A stretch of 64,000 nt of DNA, from the NCBI RefSeq assembly GCF_036321535.1, contig NC_087436.1, positions 97,962,001 to 98,026,000 on the forward strand, in the 5' to 3' direction. Position numbers and translations under genes: made by a program. Of this stretch, positions 28,644 through 41,109 are shown piece by piece (the first letter of the stretch is position 1; the number at the start of each line of letters is the position of its first letter). The notes under the pieces are model-generated. The model was not told where the DNA came from, did not search any database, and saw only the letters and a program-made list of their open reading frames with translations. This stretch comes from Camelus dromedarius. Taxonomy: Eukaryota.

Positions 28644-28819
28644 CATTGGTTCTCACTTCTTGATGCGTATAAACGTTATCTGTGAAACCAGTTAAAATTC
28701 AGATTTCAAGCCTCTTCACTCCAAGAAATGCAGATTAGCAGGTCTGGGATGGAACCAAATCCCTGCCTTTTTAACTGAGCACACCATGTGAATCTTAGAC
28801 CTCATTTTGAAAACCTCTG
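28644..28819. mobile_element. MER5-type hAT-Charlie MITE (MER5B-like)
   Basis: cattggttctcac...agattagcaggtctgggatggaacc...ttttgaaaacctctg. Confidence 0.6.
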
Positions 28820-29494
28820 CTAATCATTTCAACATGTATCAGGGAAAGAGGAAATAGAATCAAAAGTTAACAAAACACTTTTTTTTTTCCCTAAAATGCA
28901 TAGACATGATTTGTTATAGGGCATATATTGGGGGTGGTTATCACAGAAATGGCATAAGTGGAATTAATGAAGTTTGCTCCTTGGGTCAGATACCTATTAC
29001 CTAAATAAATCTTTATAATAATGTCCTAATGTTAAAATATCAAAAGATGATTCCAAATCTGCATTTCACTGACCAATGATACATACCACAAGAGAATTTA
29101 ACAAAGACAGCAAGGGGAATGCCATCCCATCTTGCCTACATACTTTAATAGTAGACATATACCACTTTATTGGAGGGTTTTTTCAACTAGTTTTATTTTA
29201 TTTTAGTGTATTTAGTTTCTGAAAGATTTCTAGGATTTAACCAAGAATGAATAATTGCTTTTTTGTAAGTTGTCTTGAGGAAAACACATTTGCATTTGAC
29301 ATTTTGGGTATCATTCATCCGGTGAAATCTCACAATTTCCCCAGTGTCCATTTTGCAACTGTTGTGGTAGAGTGATAAGGCACACATTTTCCTTCCTATA
29401 TTAGACGTGGAAAGAAGAAACAATTATATTCTCTAGCCTCTCTTCTTTCTCATCCCAAATGGTAATTCAGCTGAAAAATACTGATGGTAACAAT

Positions 29495-29668
29495 TCGTAA
29501 GCATGGCTGAGCACTCACTACAGGGATGATCACCGTGCTGCATGAATCATCTTATTTAATCCTCGTGACAGCCTATGAAACAGGTACACTCATTATGAGT
29601 GCAATGCAGATGAAGAAACTGAGTCTTAGATGGAATAAGCAATTTCCCCAAAGCCACAGAGCTGGCGA
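29495..29668 (-). mobile_element. MIR SINE
   Basis: tcttatttaatcctcgtgacagcctatga...cagatgaagaaactgagtcttaga (MIR core). Confidence 0.85.
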
Positions 29669-29819
29669 ACCACATGGGAAGAGCAGTGGGTTGAATGTGA
29701 AGTGGAAAATGCATCAGAATATGAGACGTGGAGGCCCGATTTGTCTTCCTTCCTCAGTTTGTTTCTAGCAAGGGATACTTTCCTTCAGAGGGCCTGGCAT
29801 TTTAAGGCAGCATTTTGAT

Positions 29820-30790
29820 AGGAATGGGCTGGAGGAGATAGATTAATAAGACATGGTTTCTTCCTTTAATGAACTGATGGTCTAAGATGAGAAAAAGACA
29901 TATAAACAAATAATTTTGAATTCTAAATATAAATAAAATTAATATGATACATGGGTTCTACAACAGAAATACCTTATGCTGTCTTTTGAGGGACAGGACG
30001 GACACATTTAATGTACTACTGGCATTTAATTTGGTCCTTGCATAATGGGAAAACATTATTATGGGAAATTGTAGCAGTGTTTGGGGCTAAGGAAACAATA
30101 GGCAATCTAAAAATAACAGATACCTTCTTATGACATAATGAGTATCAAACACAATGCCAAAGGCCATATATTATCTCATTTAATTCTATGAGATTGTTCT
30201 TATTTTTCTAGGAAATTGACATTCAGGAAACTATGAGATTAAATGATTTGCCAAAGGTCACCATCAAATAAGTGATACCAGTGGGGACTGAGCCTGAAGA
30301 AGTCTGATTTCAGTACTCAAGCTCTTAACAACAGCACAGCAGCTATTCCCACCTGAAAACTTGGTTGGCACATTTGGGGACCAGCAGAAGAGTATAATTA
30401 GATTGCAGTGATTTTGAAGGACATAATGTGAAATGAGGCTGAAGAGTGAGATTAGGAACAGATTGTGGATGGTCTAGGATGTCTTACTGCAGAGTTTGGA
30501 ATTCACTCTATAAGCAATACTCACTGACTGTTAAATACAAGGAGAAGTTTAATGATCAGATGCATGTTTTAAAGAAGAAAACTGGTAGAGGCAGTGTGGA
30601 ATCAGAATGGGAAAATATTTTAGGCAGGCTGAGAATTCTAGGAAATATTACAGTAGTTTATATATGAGTGTAAAGAACAAAATCAAGGCAGTAGGGGGTA
30701 AATTTCAAGAAGCAAGAACTGGTTTAAGTGACGTTATAATGACAGAATTGACAGAATTTGCTAATCGGTTTTATGTGCAGAAAATGGTCC
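29820..30790 (-). mobile_element. L2 LINE fragments, interrupted by a MIR
   Basis: aataagacatggtttcttcc...gacatataaacaaataatt and agagtttggaattcactctataagcaat...gatcagatgcatgttttaaagaag. Confidence 0.65.
30110..30340 (-). mobile_element. MIR SINE
   Basis: tattatctcatttaattct...gagattaaatgatttgccaaaggtcac...gtctgatttcagtactcaagctcttaac. Confidence 0.75.
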
Positions 30791-30810
30791 AAAGATAGTT
30801 AACAAAAGCC

Positions 30811-30864
30811 GTACAAGGCTTACTACAGAGCAAGCCTGTACAAGGCTTACTACAGAGCAAGCCT
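30811..30864. repeat. Perfect 27-bp tandem duplication
   Basis: gtacaaggcttactacagagcaagcct x2 (30811-30837, 30838-30864). Confidence 0.95.
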
Positions 30865-30869
30865 TGTCT

Positions 30870-31030
30870 TACATTCAACCAATTAATCTTCATAAAACAC
30901 TAAGAGTAATGTAACATTATTATCCATTACACAAGTGAAGAAACTGAGGCCAAAAATAGCTAAATACTTTTTCATAAATCCTTCAGCTAGTAAGAATTAG
31001 AGCAAAATTTGAACTCAATCAGTGTGTTTC
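30870..31030 (-). mobile_element. MIR SINE
   Basis: attattatccattacacaagtgaagaaactgaggcc...cagctagtaagaattagagcaaaatttgaactc. Confidence 0.75.
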
Positions 31031-32054
31031 ATTAGAAGGGTTTATTAGAAGGACTGCAACTGATATTTGCAAAACAAGAAAAGTAGTATGTTGTTATGCT
31101 TTGGAGAATGCAATTGAAAATGTAATATTCTGTACCAGAATTACGAGAAGGACTTGACCAGGGGGAAACTGGAGGGATGCCCAAAGAGATCTTCACCAGA
31201 TGGCTTTGATCTGTGTGGATTTGCCAAGCGTAGTTTTAATCCTCAATCTTTAAGGCACAGAAAGTTGATATTACGTGTCCCCAAAGTAATGAAATTTAAG
31301 GATTCTAATTCATAATAAAAAAGCTTATGAGAAAAGGATACAGAATGTCACAATGTCAATTCACTTTTTATAAGAAGAAATATAATTCTTAGAATCAGAT
31401 CAGCTTCACTATCATTCTCTCACTCTGTGCATGCTTTATGGGAAGTCCAATTATAATTGGAATTTCTATTAGCATGGAAATGGTGCAAATTGATTTAGTT
31501 ATATGACACATGAGCAATATCAGGTTCTGGTAGCCCAACATACCATTCTCCATTTTTGGGGTTTGCTTACCAGGAAGACATCCAAATTAACCCTGAGTCT
31601 TTGGACAAGTGGTGCTAATATGTGTATATATGAATCTTCTATTCTTTATTTGCCAAGCAACACCATCCCCAATGACTCATTCATGCATATAATTGTAGAA
31701 CCACATACTTATATATCATTCCATACAGTACACATACCATATATATATGTACTAGAATAAATACTAACACAGTCATTCACATTGCAAACTGATATTCACC
31801 CACCTCTATTCTTTTCCACTATATGGTAACTTACAGTACAGAGTCAAGTTCTCAATATTATTTCCTCATTTCCAAAAGCTTACTGGGTGAAGGCACCTTG
31901 TGTCCTAGGAAGCACCATTTATGATCAGAGATGTTGATATTAAATTACGGAAGAAGTATCCACCCACAGAAGTCAAGTAGGAATTCTGGAATTTAAAAAT
32001 GGACACCAAGCAAAATGACAATAATGTCAGTTGTAATAAACGTAATTCAGTAAT

Positions 32055-32270
32055 GTTATGATAATAGCTCTCACAGCTTCCACATCAAATGCACTTTACA
32101 TACAGCTTCTGAATATTTATGATGATTTTATGTGATGGTAACAGATGAGGAAACAGGCTCTCTTCTGTTGTTTGTTTACACACTAGGAAACTGAAGTTAT
32201 TTAGGTACATATACTGAGCTGAAATCCAAACCCAAGTCTTCTGCTTCCAAGGTGTACAAGCCATTCAACA
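32055..32270 (-). mobile_element. MIR/MIR3 fragment
   Basis: acagatgaggaaacaggctc and aaacccaagtcttctgcttccaag. Confidence 0.55.
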
Positions 32271-32568
32271 CACTAAAAACAGGAACACGAGCTCTTCGGT
32301 GTCTGAGTCGACACAAAGCCCAGCTGATTCTATCACAGTATTATGGTGGCATGAGTGAGTGTGAGCAGCTGGCATCAGTACTCACTCTGCACACTTGTCC
32401 TTACATTTATGCACCATGTATCTACCCTATTTTGTAAACAAGAAAAACTTCAGTGAAAGAGAAAGCTGAACATCCTCACCCCTAAAATAAACCTACATTT
32501 CAATAGTCATGGATGAATTATTCCTCTCCTTTGCCTAAAGGTTTTCATTTTGGTATCTTTCAAAAGTT

Positions 32569-32625
32569 GAAGAAGAAGAAAAAACAATGACAACGACAAT
32601 GACAACTACAACAACAACAACAACT
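32569..32625. repeat. Compound (GAA)n/(CAA)n microsatellite
   Basis: gaagaagaagaa...caatgacaacgacaatgacaactacaacaacaacaacaac. Confidence 0.85.
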
Positions 32626-34430
32626 TCACAGGCAACTGCTGCCTTATTGAGAGGAAGGGTGAAGGGAGAGCCTGTTTATGTGCTTTAATAGTCTCCTCGG
32701 AGATACAACCAAATGCGATGCTGATCACTGCCTTTTTCACGACGACAACGAGCTACACATAGGACAGGGCAATGTCTTAGGCTCAAGAGACATATATTAT
32801 CTACAGAGCTACAGAAAAGAGACATTCATCTGCATGATGGAACTAAAAAGTGACTGTATGTTTGGCAAGGCCTAGAACTCTGGCTAATGAGCAGCATGCT
32901 AACATCTAATGTATCCTAATTTCAGGGATTTACTTAGCAATGCTATTTAACTGTGGCAAATGTATTACATGCCTCATAATGGAAATCAATTACCCCATTA
33001 TGTGTGTTCTAAGATTAAACCCATCATTCCCCTATACACATGGGTAGACAGATTATTCAGGCGTTTAGAAGGAAAAATGAAGTCAAAGCAAAATAATCAC
33101 AGATAAATGTTTCTCTTTCAACAAATGTCAGTTTTACAATTTTACATCATCAGCCTACTTCTCTCATATTTATAAATCATAATTTAGTGAGTTTCGTGAA
33201 AAGAACAAACAGCTGACACTTGTGTTTTACTGAATTGGAATGCACACATTCAGTACCAAACTTCTTGAACCAGAACCTCAAAAAGACGAAAAATACTGAT
33301 AATTTCACTTTGTTTAAGGTTGGAATAATCTGATTTACTGAAAACACTTACATAGCAGGTATTAAATTTTTATTGTATATACTCTTATCAATTACGTACA
33401 TGGTAAGTGGCAAGATCGATTCACACTCAGGATGTAGTCTCTAGGTAATATCAGGTGGTTCTTTTAAGTTGATTCATTGGACACAATTCAACATGTGACT
33501 ACTTAATGTCACCTATTTATATGAGGTGAACAAATGGTAACTTAATTTCAATGCAAACTTGAAAATGTATACTCTGAGTTGTGCCTGACAGTGAATGGTT
33601 CCAGAGAAATACTTGCATTCAAAAAGCATTTGCCATTATCTTGTTAATAGGCCCCTTTGCTTTAAATCTACAAGGAATGCAAATAACTGATAATTCTGCG
33701 CTCGTTAAGGAAATCTCCGGTGACTTACTTCAGTTAAATGTTCCAACAGGCATGTTTAGCACTACGTTTGGGACTGGTAAAATTCCAAAAGTCTGTAAAT
33801 TAAAGTTCTGCAGAGTGCTATTAAATATGCATAATGAAGCCCTAGATGTAAATTAAGAAGATTTATCTGGCTGCATTCTGCTTACGTTATTCAACAGCAA
33901 TGCCTCATAGGCTTTTATGAAGCAAATAAAGTGTTCTTTTTCTTGAATTCTATTTTAAATAGTCACTATGGATTCATTCTTACATTAGTTGGTTCACCCA
34001 TTATAGAATGAATTGTCGTTTTAAATCTATAATTCATCCTAAAGGTTTATCACACAACACAGCCAAATTACATGGTACTCCATGCCTACCCCTGCAAAGA
34101 AGTAGTCTAAAGATACATGAACAGCTCAAGCAGATTCAGAAATAAATGCACACCATTTATATCAATGGTCTTTCAAAACACTATCTGGAAATAATGTGGC
34201 ACTCCAGCAATTTCTTTGTCTTCTTAGACTTAGAGATGCTGGTCTTGCCAGATTAACTCTGAAATCTGAAGAATGTTATTATAAGCTTGATCAGAAATAT
34301 TAAGATCTATTAAGAGGAATAAATAAATTTTATCTACAAGAGACAATTTACTACCGCATATAATTCTGTTGATGAGACAGACAAGTATCTTAATATTGGA
34401 AGTATGAAGACTGTGTTCTTGAAAACATGG

Positions 34431-34466
34431 ATTGTTTTATAAAACACGCATTGTTTTATAAAACAC
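34431..34466. repeat. 17-bp direct repeat, each copy containing a 14-bp palindrome
   Basis: attgttttataaaacac-gc-attgttttataaaacac. Confidence 0.95.
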
Positions 34467-35519
34467 TTAAGCAACAAAGTAGTATCTAAGTCTTCAGACC
34501 ATACTTTGTAGTTAGACTAAAAGCATTTGAGAAGAAGAACAGGAACAAATAGGAAAAATTGGCATTCCATTTAAGGAAACTATTCTAAAAGCTTGTGACT
34601 CAAAGGTAGAGAGGAAGGATGTCAAGCAAAATTAAGAACTAATGTTAAAGAATTTAAAAAAAAGTATAACAAGTTTAGAGCTATGCATATCTCGGAATGT
34701 TTATGTCTGCATGCGTCAGGAAATAAATACCATGTTCAGCTTAAGAAGATTAATCATTTTCTAACTGAAAATTAACTTTTACTGGCACAAACTACAAATC
34801 AGCATTCTCTTAGTATCTGTTTCTTTCCGGTTTACTTCAGGGCATGGAAAGAATGCCTGAAATAATTTCATATCGAGTATTTTAAACAAAAAGAGAAATA
34901 TAAAGCAGACTGTTTATAAAAATCTATTAATATCAAAGTGTTCCTAAACTTTAAACATTGACATATATACTTTCCACTTAAAGTTTTGCTCTTATACATA
35001 AAATATTGTCTCTTCAATTCACTGCAAATATTTTATTTGTCTGCTTCCATTTTGAAGAAAGGTTTTCATTATTGTGGCAAAAAGGACAGCTGGGGAAGCT
35101 TAACTCTAATCCTTCTTGTAACCCCCTCTTCAGTCTATCTGAAAGAGAACATCTCAATAAGATAATTATTCATTAAAATTTAGTTTAACTTGAAGAATAG
35201 GTAGCTTAACATTTTACAGAAAGAGGTTTATTTTAAAATAAAAGTTACATGATTAATAAAATGGGAGTGACACAGATTAGACTTTTGCTGGGTACCTCCC
35301 TTGTTCTAGCAAAAGATTCCAATGTTAACATTTAGATATCTGGCCCAGACCCAGTATCATCAGGCTTTGCATCCTTATAGCCCCAATTATTTGTTATAGA
35401 AGTTGGACTAATTCAGTCCAAAGATTCTGAGAATATCTGGTAAAGCCACCAAAAAAGAAATTCACTCATTTTCTTAAAATTCTTCAACTTGCAAGGAGAA
35501 ACTGGCATTTCTGTGCTCA

Positions 35520-35563
35520 CTGGAAGATAGAGAAGGAGTGTTAAGATAGAGATGCACAGAGAT

Positions 35564-35594
<31 letters not shown>

Positions 35595-36115
35595 GATAGG
35601 CAAAGAGATGAAGAAAAACTAGATAATCATTCGTGATGGTTAATTTTATGTGTCAAATTGGCTGGGCTACAATGCCCAAATATTTGGTCAAACATTATTC
35701 TAGATGTTTCTGTGAAAGTATATTTTGATATTAACATTTAAATCAGTAGACTTTGAGTAAAGCAAATTACCTCTATTGGATGAGGGTGGGCCTCATCCAA
35801 TCAGTTGAGGGCCTTAATAGAAAACAAACAAACAAACAAAAATAAACTACTCCTGAACAAGAAGGAATTCTCCTAGCCAACTTCCTTTGGATTTGAACTT
35901 CAACTCTTCCTTGAGTCTCCACACATTCTGTTGGTTCTGTCTCTCTGGAGACCCTGGCTTAATACATCATATTTTTTGTTGCATCGATGACTTAAACCAT
36001 ATCTACTTCTTTCTACTTCTGATCTTCTCAGTTACTTGACACCACTAAATCTCCTTTTGGCTAAAACAATTTGAATTGATTTTATCTCATTTTTCATTGA
36101 AGGAATCCTGATGCA
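35520..36115 (+). mobile_element. Old MaLR LTR (MLT1J-L-like), split by an MLT2 insertion
   Basis: GA-rich tract, then after the MLT2: ttctcagttacttgacaccactaaatctccttttggctaaaacaatttgaattgatttt...gaatcctga. Confidence 0.55.
35632..35966 (+). mobile_element. MLT2 (ERVL) solo LTR, MLT2B-like, internally deleted
   Basis: (c)gtgatggttaattttatgtgtcaa...gggcctcatccaatcagttga...ggttctgtctctctggagaccctggcttaataca. TSD tcatt/tcata. Confidence 0.93.
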
Positions 36116-36214
36116 TTTTATATTCTTGAAAGAAGCACAGAAAAAAGAAAAGGGAAAAGTTCTTAACTGATAAACACTAACAGATATCTGTAAAATGCCA
36201 AAGTAAACTAATTT

Positions 36215-36345
36215 TATTCTCTGAGCCTCAGCTCCTTCATTTGCAAAATGAAAATAATTATAAGGAATTATTTTGACATGTAAAATGAATATGTGTGGTA
36301 GTGTTTTGTAAACTATAAAACATCATAAATACAAGATACTATGTA
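36215..36345 (+). mobile_element. MIR/MIR3 fragment
   Basis: ctctgagcctcagctccttcatttgcaaaatg...gtgttttgtaaactataaaac. Confidence 0.7.
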
Positions 36346-39300
36346 ATAATTTAAAGAAAAAGTTTGAGATTTTGCTTACTTTCTATTAAATTATATTTCA
36401 AATTATCATTTTGTTTCTCGTATGCATCTTTGTGATACCCATAGTTTAAATAATAATTAAATAGAAAAATATTTAGAAATATTGTAAGAATTCTCTAAAA
36501 TAAAATAAATGGATGGTTGAACAAGACAGTATTTGTGGTACATAATTAAATAATTAATTGGAATTTATGTAATGGTGAGAAAGTTAAGTCAAGCAGCATA
36601 TAGACTTTATTCTCATAGGTGGTATAGTTGTGTTTTCTTCCTAAAATGTGTTCCAGTATTGCATACCAGCCTCCAGAGATTTTCTGCAGATAAATAAAGC
36701 CTTATGGATACATAGAGCATTTCAGTATGCTTTATGAGATGACTTTTCTGAGAAGTCTTCCAATTCTAAAAATCTGCTTAAGTGTGTTAAATTCAATATG
36801 TTCCAAATTTAAATGGGATCACAGACATTTTTATTCACATGACATACTGTATCATCCTCTTGAGTCATGTTACAGGGAACATGGCTGAACACCACAAACT
36901 TGTAGTAAGTCTACTTTCATACCAGACACTTTTGAATATAGTGACAAATCTGGACTACACAATTATGCACCATTACAGATATCTATAGTTCTTAATAGAT
37001 GAGACTCCACTCTTACACATTCATTAAGTATTAATGTTAAATCTAAACTCAAAGAATAAAGGAAAACTTTGAAGGGATAGACAGAACTTGTCAGTCCTTG
37101 GATTGCTCTTTGTGTATATGTGTATATGAGAGGGACAGAAATACAAAAGGAAGAAGAAAAAATATGCAAGTAAGCTGCAAATTCGAGCCTTCTTCTCCAG
37201 GCTAAGAATTGTTAGTAGGGCTCAGATTCCTGGGGAAAAAATAGATCTAATTTTTAAATATAGAGCTTAGAGAATAAGAAAATTGATTAGTAAATACTGT
37301 GTCATTTCTCTCGAGCCTACTTAAAATAATATTAATGAAAACATAGGGAACTCCAATAGTGAAAACCAATTAAGTTTGAACTGCATATAGAAATCTCTTC
37401 TCAAATTACATATTACCATTCAGGTTTATCATCAAAAGTACTTTCAAATTTTAACTAATATTTAATATTATTACAGAAAACATTTTTTCAAAATACAGAT
37501 TTTATAAGATATTCAAGTTGTGTGTTTGTGTGTACACTTGTATGAGTCTCTTTTTGTTAAATTGTGCTTAGAGTTTTTATTTCATTTTTTTTATATTTTA
37601 GAAACCAAGTAATTAAAGTGAGTTGAATTACCTCTTTTGGCAATGATAACCTTCTTATTAAGTCAACACGGTGGCTGCATTACTCACATATATTCAATGA
37701 AATGATTCCACACATCTAGCTAGTTGCATAAATATTACAAAACCCCAAGGTTCCCGAGGAATCTAAACATTTAATTCAAAAAGTCACCATTTTGATAGTT
37801 GCATTTTCTGAACATCGGTGCCAGGTCTCAGTATTCATTGCCTATATAAGGAAGACAGCAAGAGATTACCAAATAAATATTGTCCTATTTACAGCTGAGG
37901 ACTTCTAGATATTACATAAGTTTCCCTGTTTTTTTAAAGAATACTTCCAACATGCAAAAAACTCAACATGTTAATGTGAAAATGACTTCTTGCTTTTTTT
38001 TTTCTTAAGTCAGCTGTGGAATGAATGATAGTCACCTTCCTAAGAAGGAATACTGAGTCAATGGGGAGGGGGGAGTATTTCAAAGTAAAATACGTAAAGT
38101 ATCTAATTATTAAAAAAATAATTAGAATGTAACTTGAATGGAAAATCACAATCAATAACCAATACAATATTTTTGAGGCTCAAATAAGACTGTAGATATG
38201 CAGGTAGGTGCTTTGTGAATTAAGGTGGCATGCTCTTTTGCCCTTTTCTTCAGATACTGATATTCCTTTACAGGCCCTGTCTATTGGTATGGGTTTTTAT
38301 AGAGTAGGAAAACATCTGGATTTGAGAGGCACGGAGGTATAGAGTCTGAAAGTCATTTTTATCATGTTTAGAACATCTATTTTGAAATGGATTAGCATCA
38401 TTAAACAGATACAATTTCTAAAGATTCCTGTGACTGATGTACCAGTATGAGCTCCTCAGCTCTGCTGGAATCCCAGAGTGGATAGAGGACTGTAATTCTA
38501 GAACACAACAAATAAGATTCATTTGTAGACATTTGGGGTGATACCTCAGTTCCTTTTCTTAATGAACTACCTGACAAATAGAGTTCATTACTGAGAGTAA
38601 TGAAAATAAACTCACACTAATTATGACTATTTTATGCTCAAAGTGGAAAACCTCCTATAGATAATTAACTGCTGCTTTGTTTTATGGAGAAATAACAACA
38701 CTGTGATAGGCAATTTAAAAATTATACATAATGTGCTATTTGTTAAAGTCTAAATATGATGTTATGTTTTAAAATAGAGTATTGGATTAAAAACAAACTA
38801 GACATTAATTTCAACAGCAAGATGAAAATAATGAAAGTGAGAATTGCATATTGAGACATTCATTATTAACTTCTATTATTTACAAAAGGAGGATTAAAAG
38901 TAATAGAATTATTTGACCTCAAAGATCCACTCTTACTCTATTATTCTATACCCCTACATCTGAATAACTATGATTTTTTAAGTGTTTAAGTATTTAACTA
39001 AAATATTAATATTGGTCATTCTCACTTTTTTCACATAATTCTAATTTAAAGAATAAAATAAACCTTTAGAAATTTTTTTTCACGTATTGAACTCAGAACA
39101 AATTAACACTCCAGATAAACAAGAGTTAATGAAAGCTAGAATGTACTGCACAAAATGGAAATTGTGGATTAAAGGGGTCAATAGTAAACATAGTTTTGAA
39201 TCGAAATCTACAGAAAGACACACTGGCAGAGTCCATACAAATCAGCACAACTGAACTGAATATCAGGATTCATCCACAAATCTAAAGCCTGGAGTATCTA

Positions 39301-40764
39301 GCTGACAAGTAAAACTTTCCGTATTCATTCATATGTTTAATATATGAATCAGTCTTGCATTTTTATATATGCTCACTAGAAGGCGGATATGTCAGATGTC
39401 ATCCACGTGATTTAATTCAACACTTAGGCAATAATGCAAAGGCATTTAAAGTTCCTTTTCTATTAGGTCTTGTTTTTGGCTATTGACTACAGATGCTGAT
39501 GAAATGTAATTAAAAATTACATGCCATGTCTCTTTTAGTAGCATGCACATGTGTGCACACACAAACACACTCATAAAAGTCTGGGTTATTTAGAAGAAAT
39601 GCAAATGTGTCAATTCTTTGACTATAAGTTTTTCTAGGCAGATATATTTCTTCATAAGTTCGATAAAACATTATTCTTATATACCTAACAAAGAATACAA
39701 TTCTTCTTTAGCATTGCATTCCACCACTAAAAGCATGTTCTGGTATATGACTTCAAGAGCATTCTACTACTAATATCAGTTCATCTGAGGGACAGAACTG
39801 TAATGTACCTCTTGCTAAGAGTGATAATAATCTAACATTTTTACGAGGACAGATCTTACATGAACTAAATTAAAATTAAAATTTTAATTGGAAAGGGATT
39901 TTTACATCATCACATCAAGAATCCATTCAATTTAGGCTCATGCCAGCTCTATAATTTTCCTCATTTATTTTGAGGATGTGCCTTTCCTTAAGGATAATTT
40001 TCAACTTCATGATAATAAAAATGTAATATTTTAATCTCACTGACACTAGTAAATATTGTGATTAGCTAGATATATTTTTGGTTCTGCATTTATAGTGCAC
40101 ATTTACTGAACAATAAACCAATTTCTTTTATTGGAATTAAACCTCAGTCATGATTATGAATCTTTTCGGAGGAAGAAAGAATTGTTTAAGTGGCCATGCA
40201 GAGAGTATTTAAGTGAAAAATGTATACATTTGCTATGATTCATTGACCCCTTTCCAATAAATGCAACTTAATTTTAAACATTCCTTCTTACGTGTCACAG
40301 AAAATTTGAAATGCAAAGAGATTTACAAAGTGTGTCTAGATTCTTAATATGCAGTTTATTTGCATTGGTAAAAGAACACTAATTTAGTAAAAATATTAAT
40401 GATTTGTAAGTTTGTCTTATATTTGGGAGTACTTTCATTAATATAAAGATAAGCTGTTAGAATACATCCATTGGCCCTTTCTTGTATACTAAACGGCTGG
40501 CAAGAGTTTTGCAAATTTTAGCTGTAGAAGAAATGAAATCCTGCCTAACAGACCTGGAGAAATAAACAAGAGAATGGAAGATAATCATGTAAAAATGACA
40601 TATGAAAGAGTCAGTTGCTTTATTTGTGCCCTTTTTGTTAAAGGCTTAACTTAATAGCTATAAAGATAAAAAGTAGAATATTTGTCCTGGCTTGATATGT
40701 ATGGAAAATATGGGTAAAGTATTCTTTTCCATCCCTAAGTGATGAAAAAAGAGGCCACCAACTG

Positions 40765-40935
40765 TGGTATAAAATACTTGCAACATGTATAACCCTCAAA
40801 ATGCTCCTATCCAGAATGCATAAGGCACTCCTATAAATTAATAAGAGGAAAATAGACAACTGAATAGAAAAAAGTGGGCAAAAGTCATATTGTAGCTTTA
40901 TGAAAGAGGCTTTCTAATGAATGCTAAACATCCAT
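40765..40935 (+). mobile_element. Ancient L1 (L1ME-like) ORF2 fragment
   Basis: tatccagaatgcataaggcactcctataaattaataag...gacaactgaatagaaaaaagtgggcaaaag. Confidence 0.7.
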
Positions 40936-41109
40936 GATGGAAAAAAAATCAGTAGTTATTTTATATATATATTTACTTTTGTTATATGTCCCAAAATGTT
41001 TCCTTAATTGTAATTTAGCCCTATTCCTTCTCACTTATTGCCCTTCTATTACCTCTATGTTTTTATAAGATGAGATGCCTCAGCTAAGCTAAATTCATCA
41101 AGACTAGGT

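Noticed and set aside
33722..33800. Minus-strand acceptor/donor pair (tttacag|...|gtaagtc)
   Set aside because: Stops in all three frames, so not a coding exon
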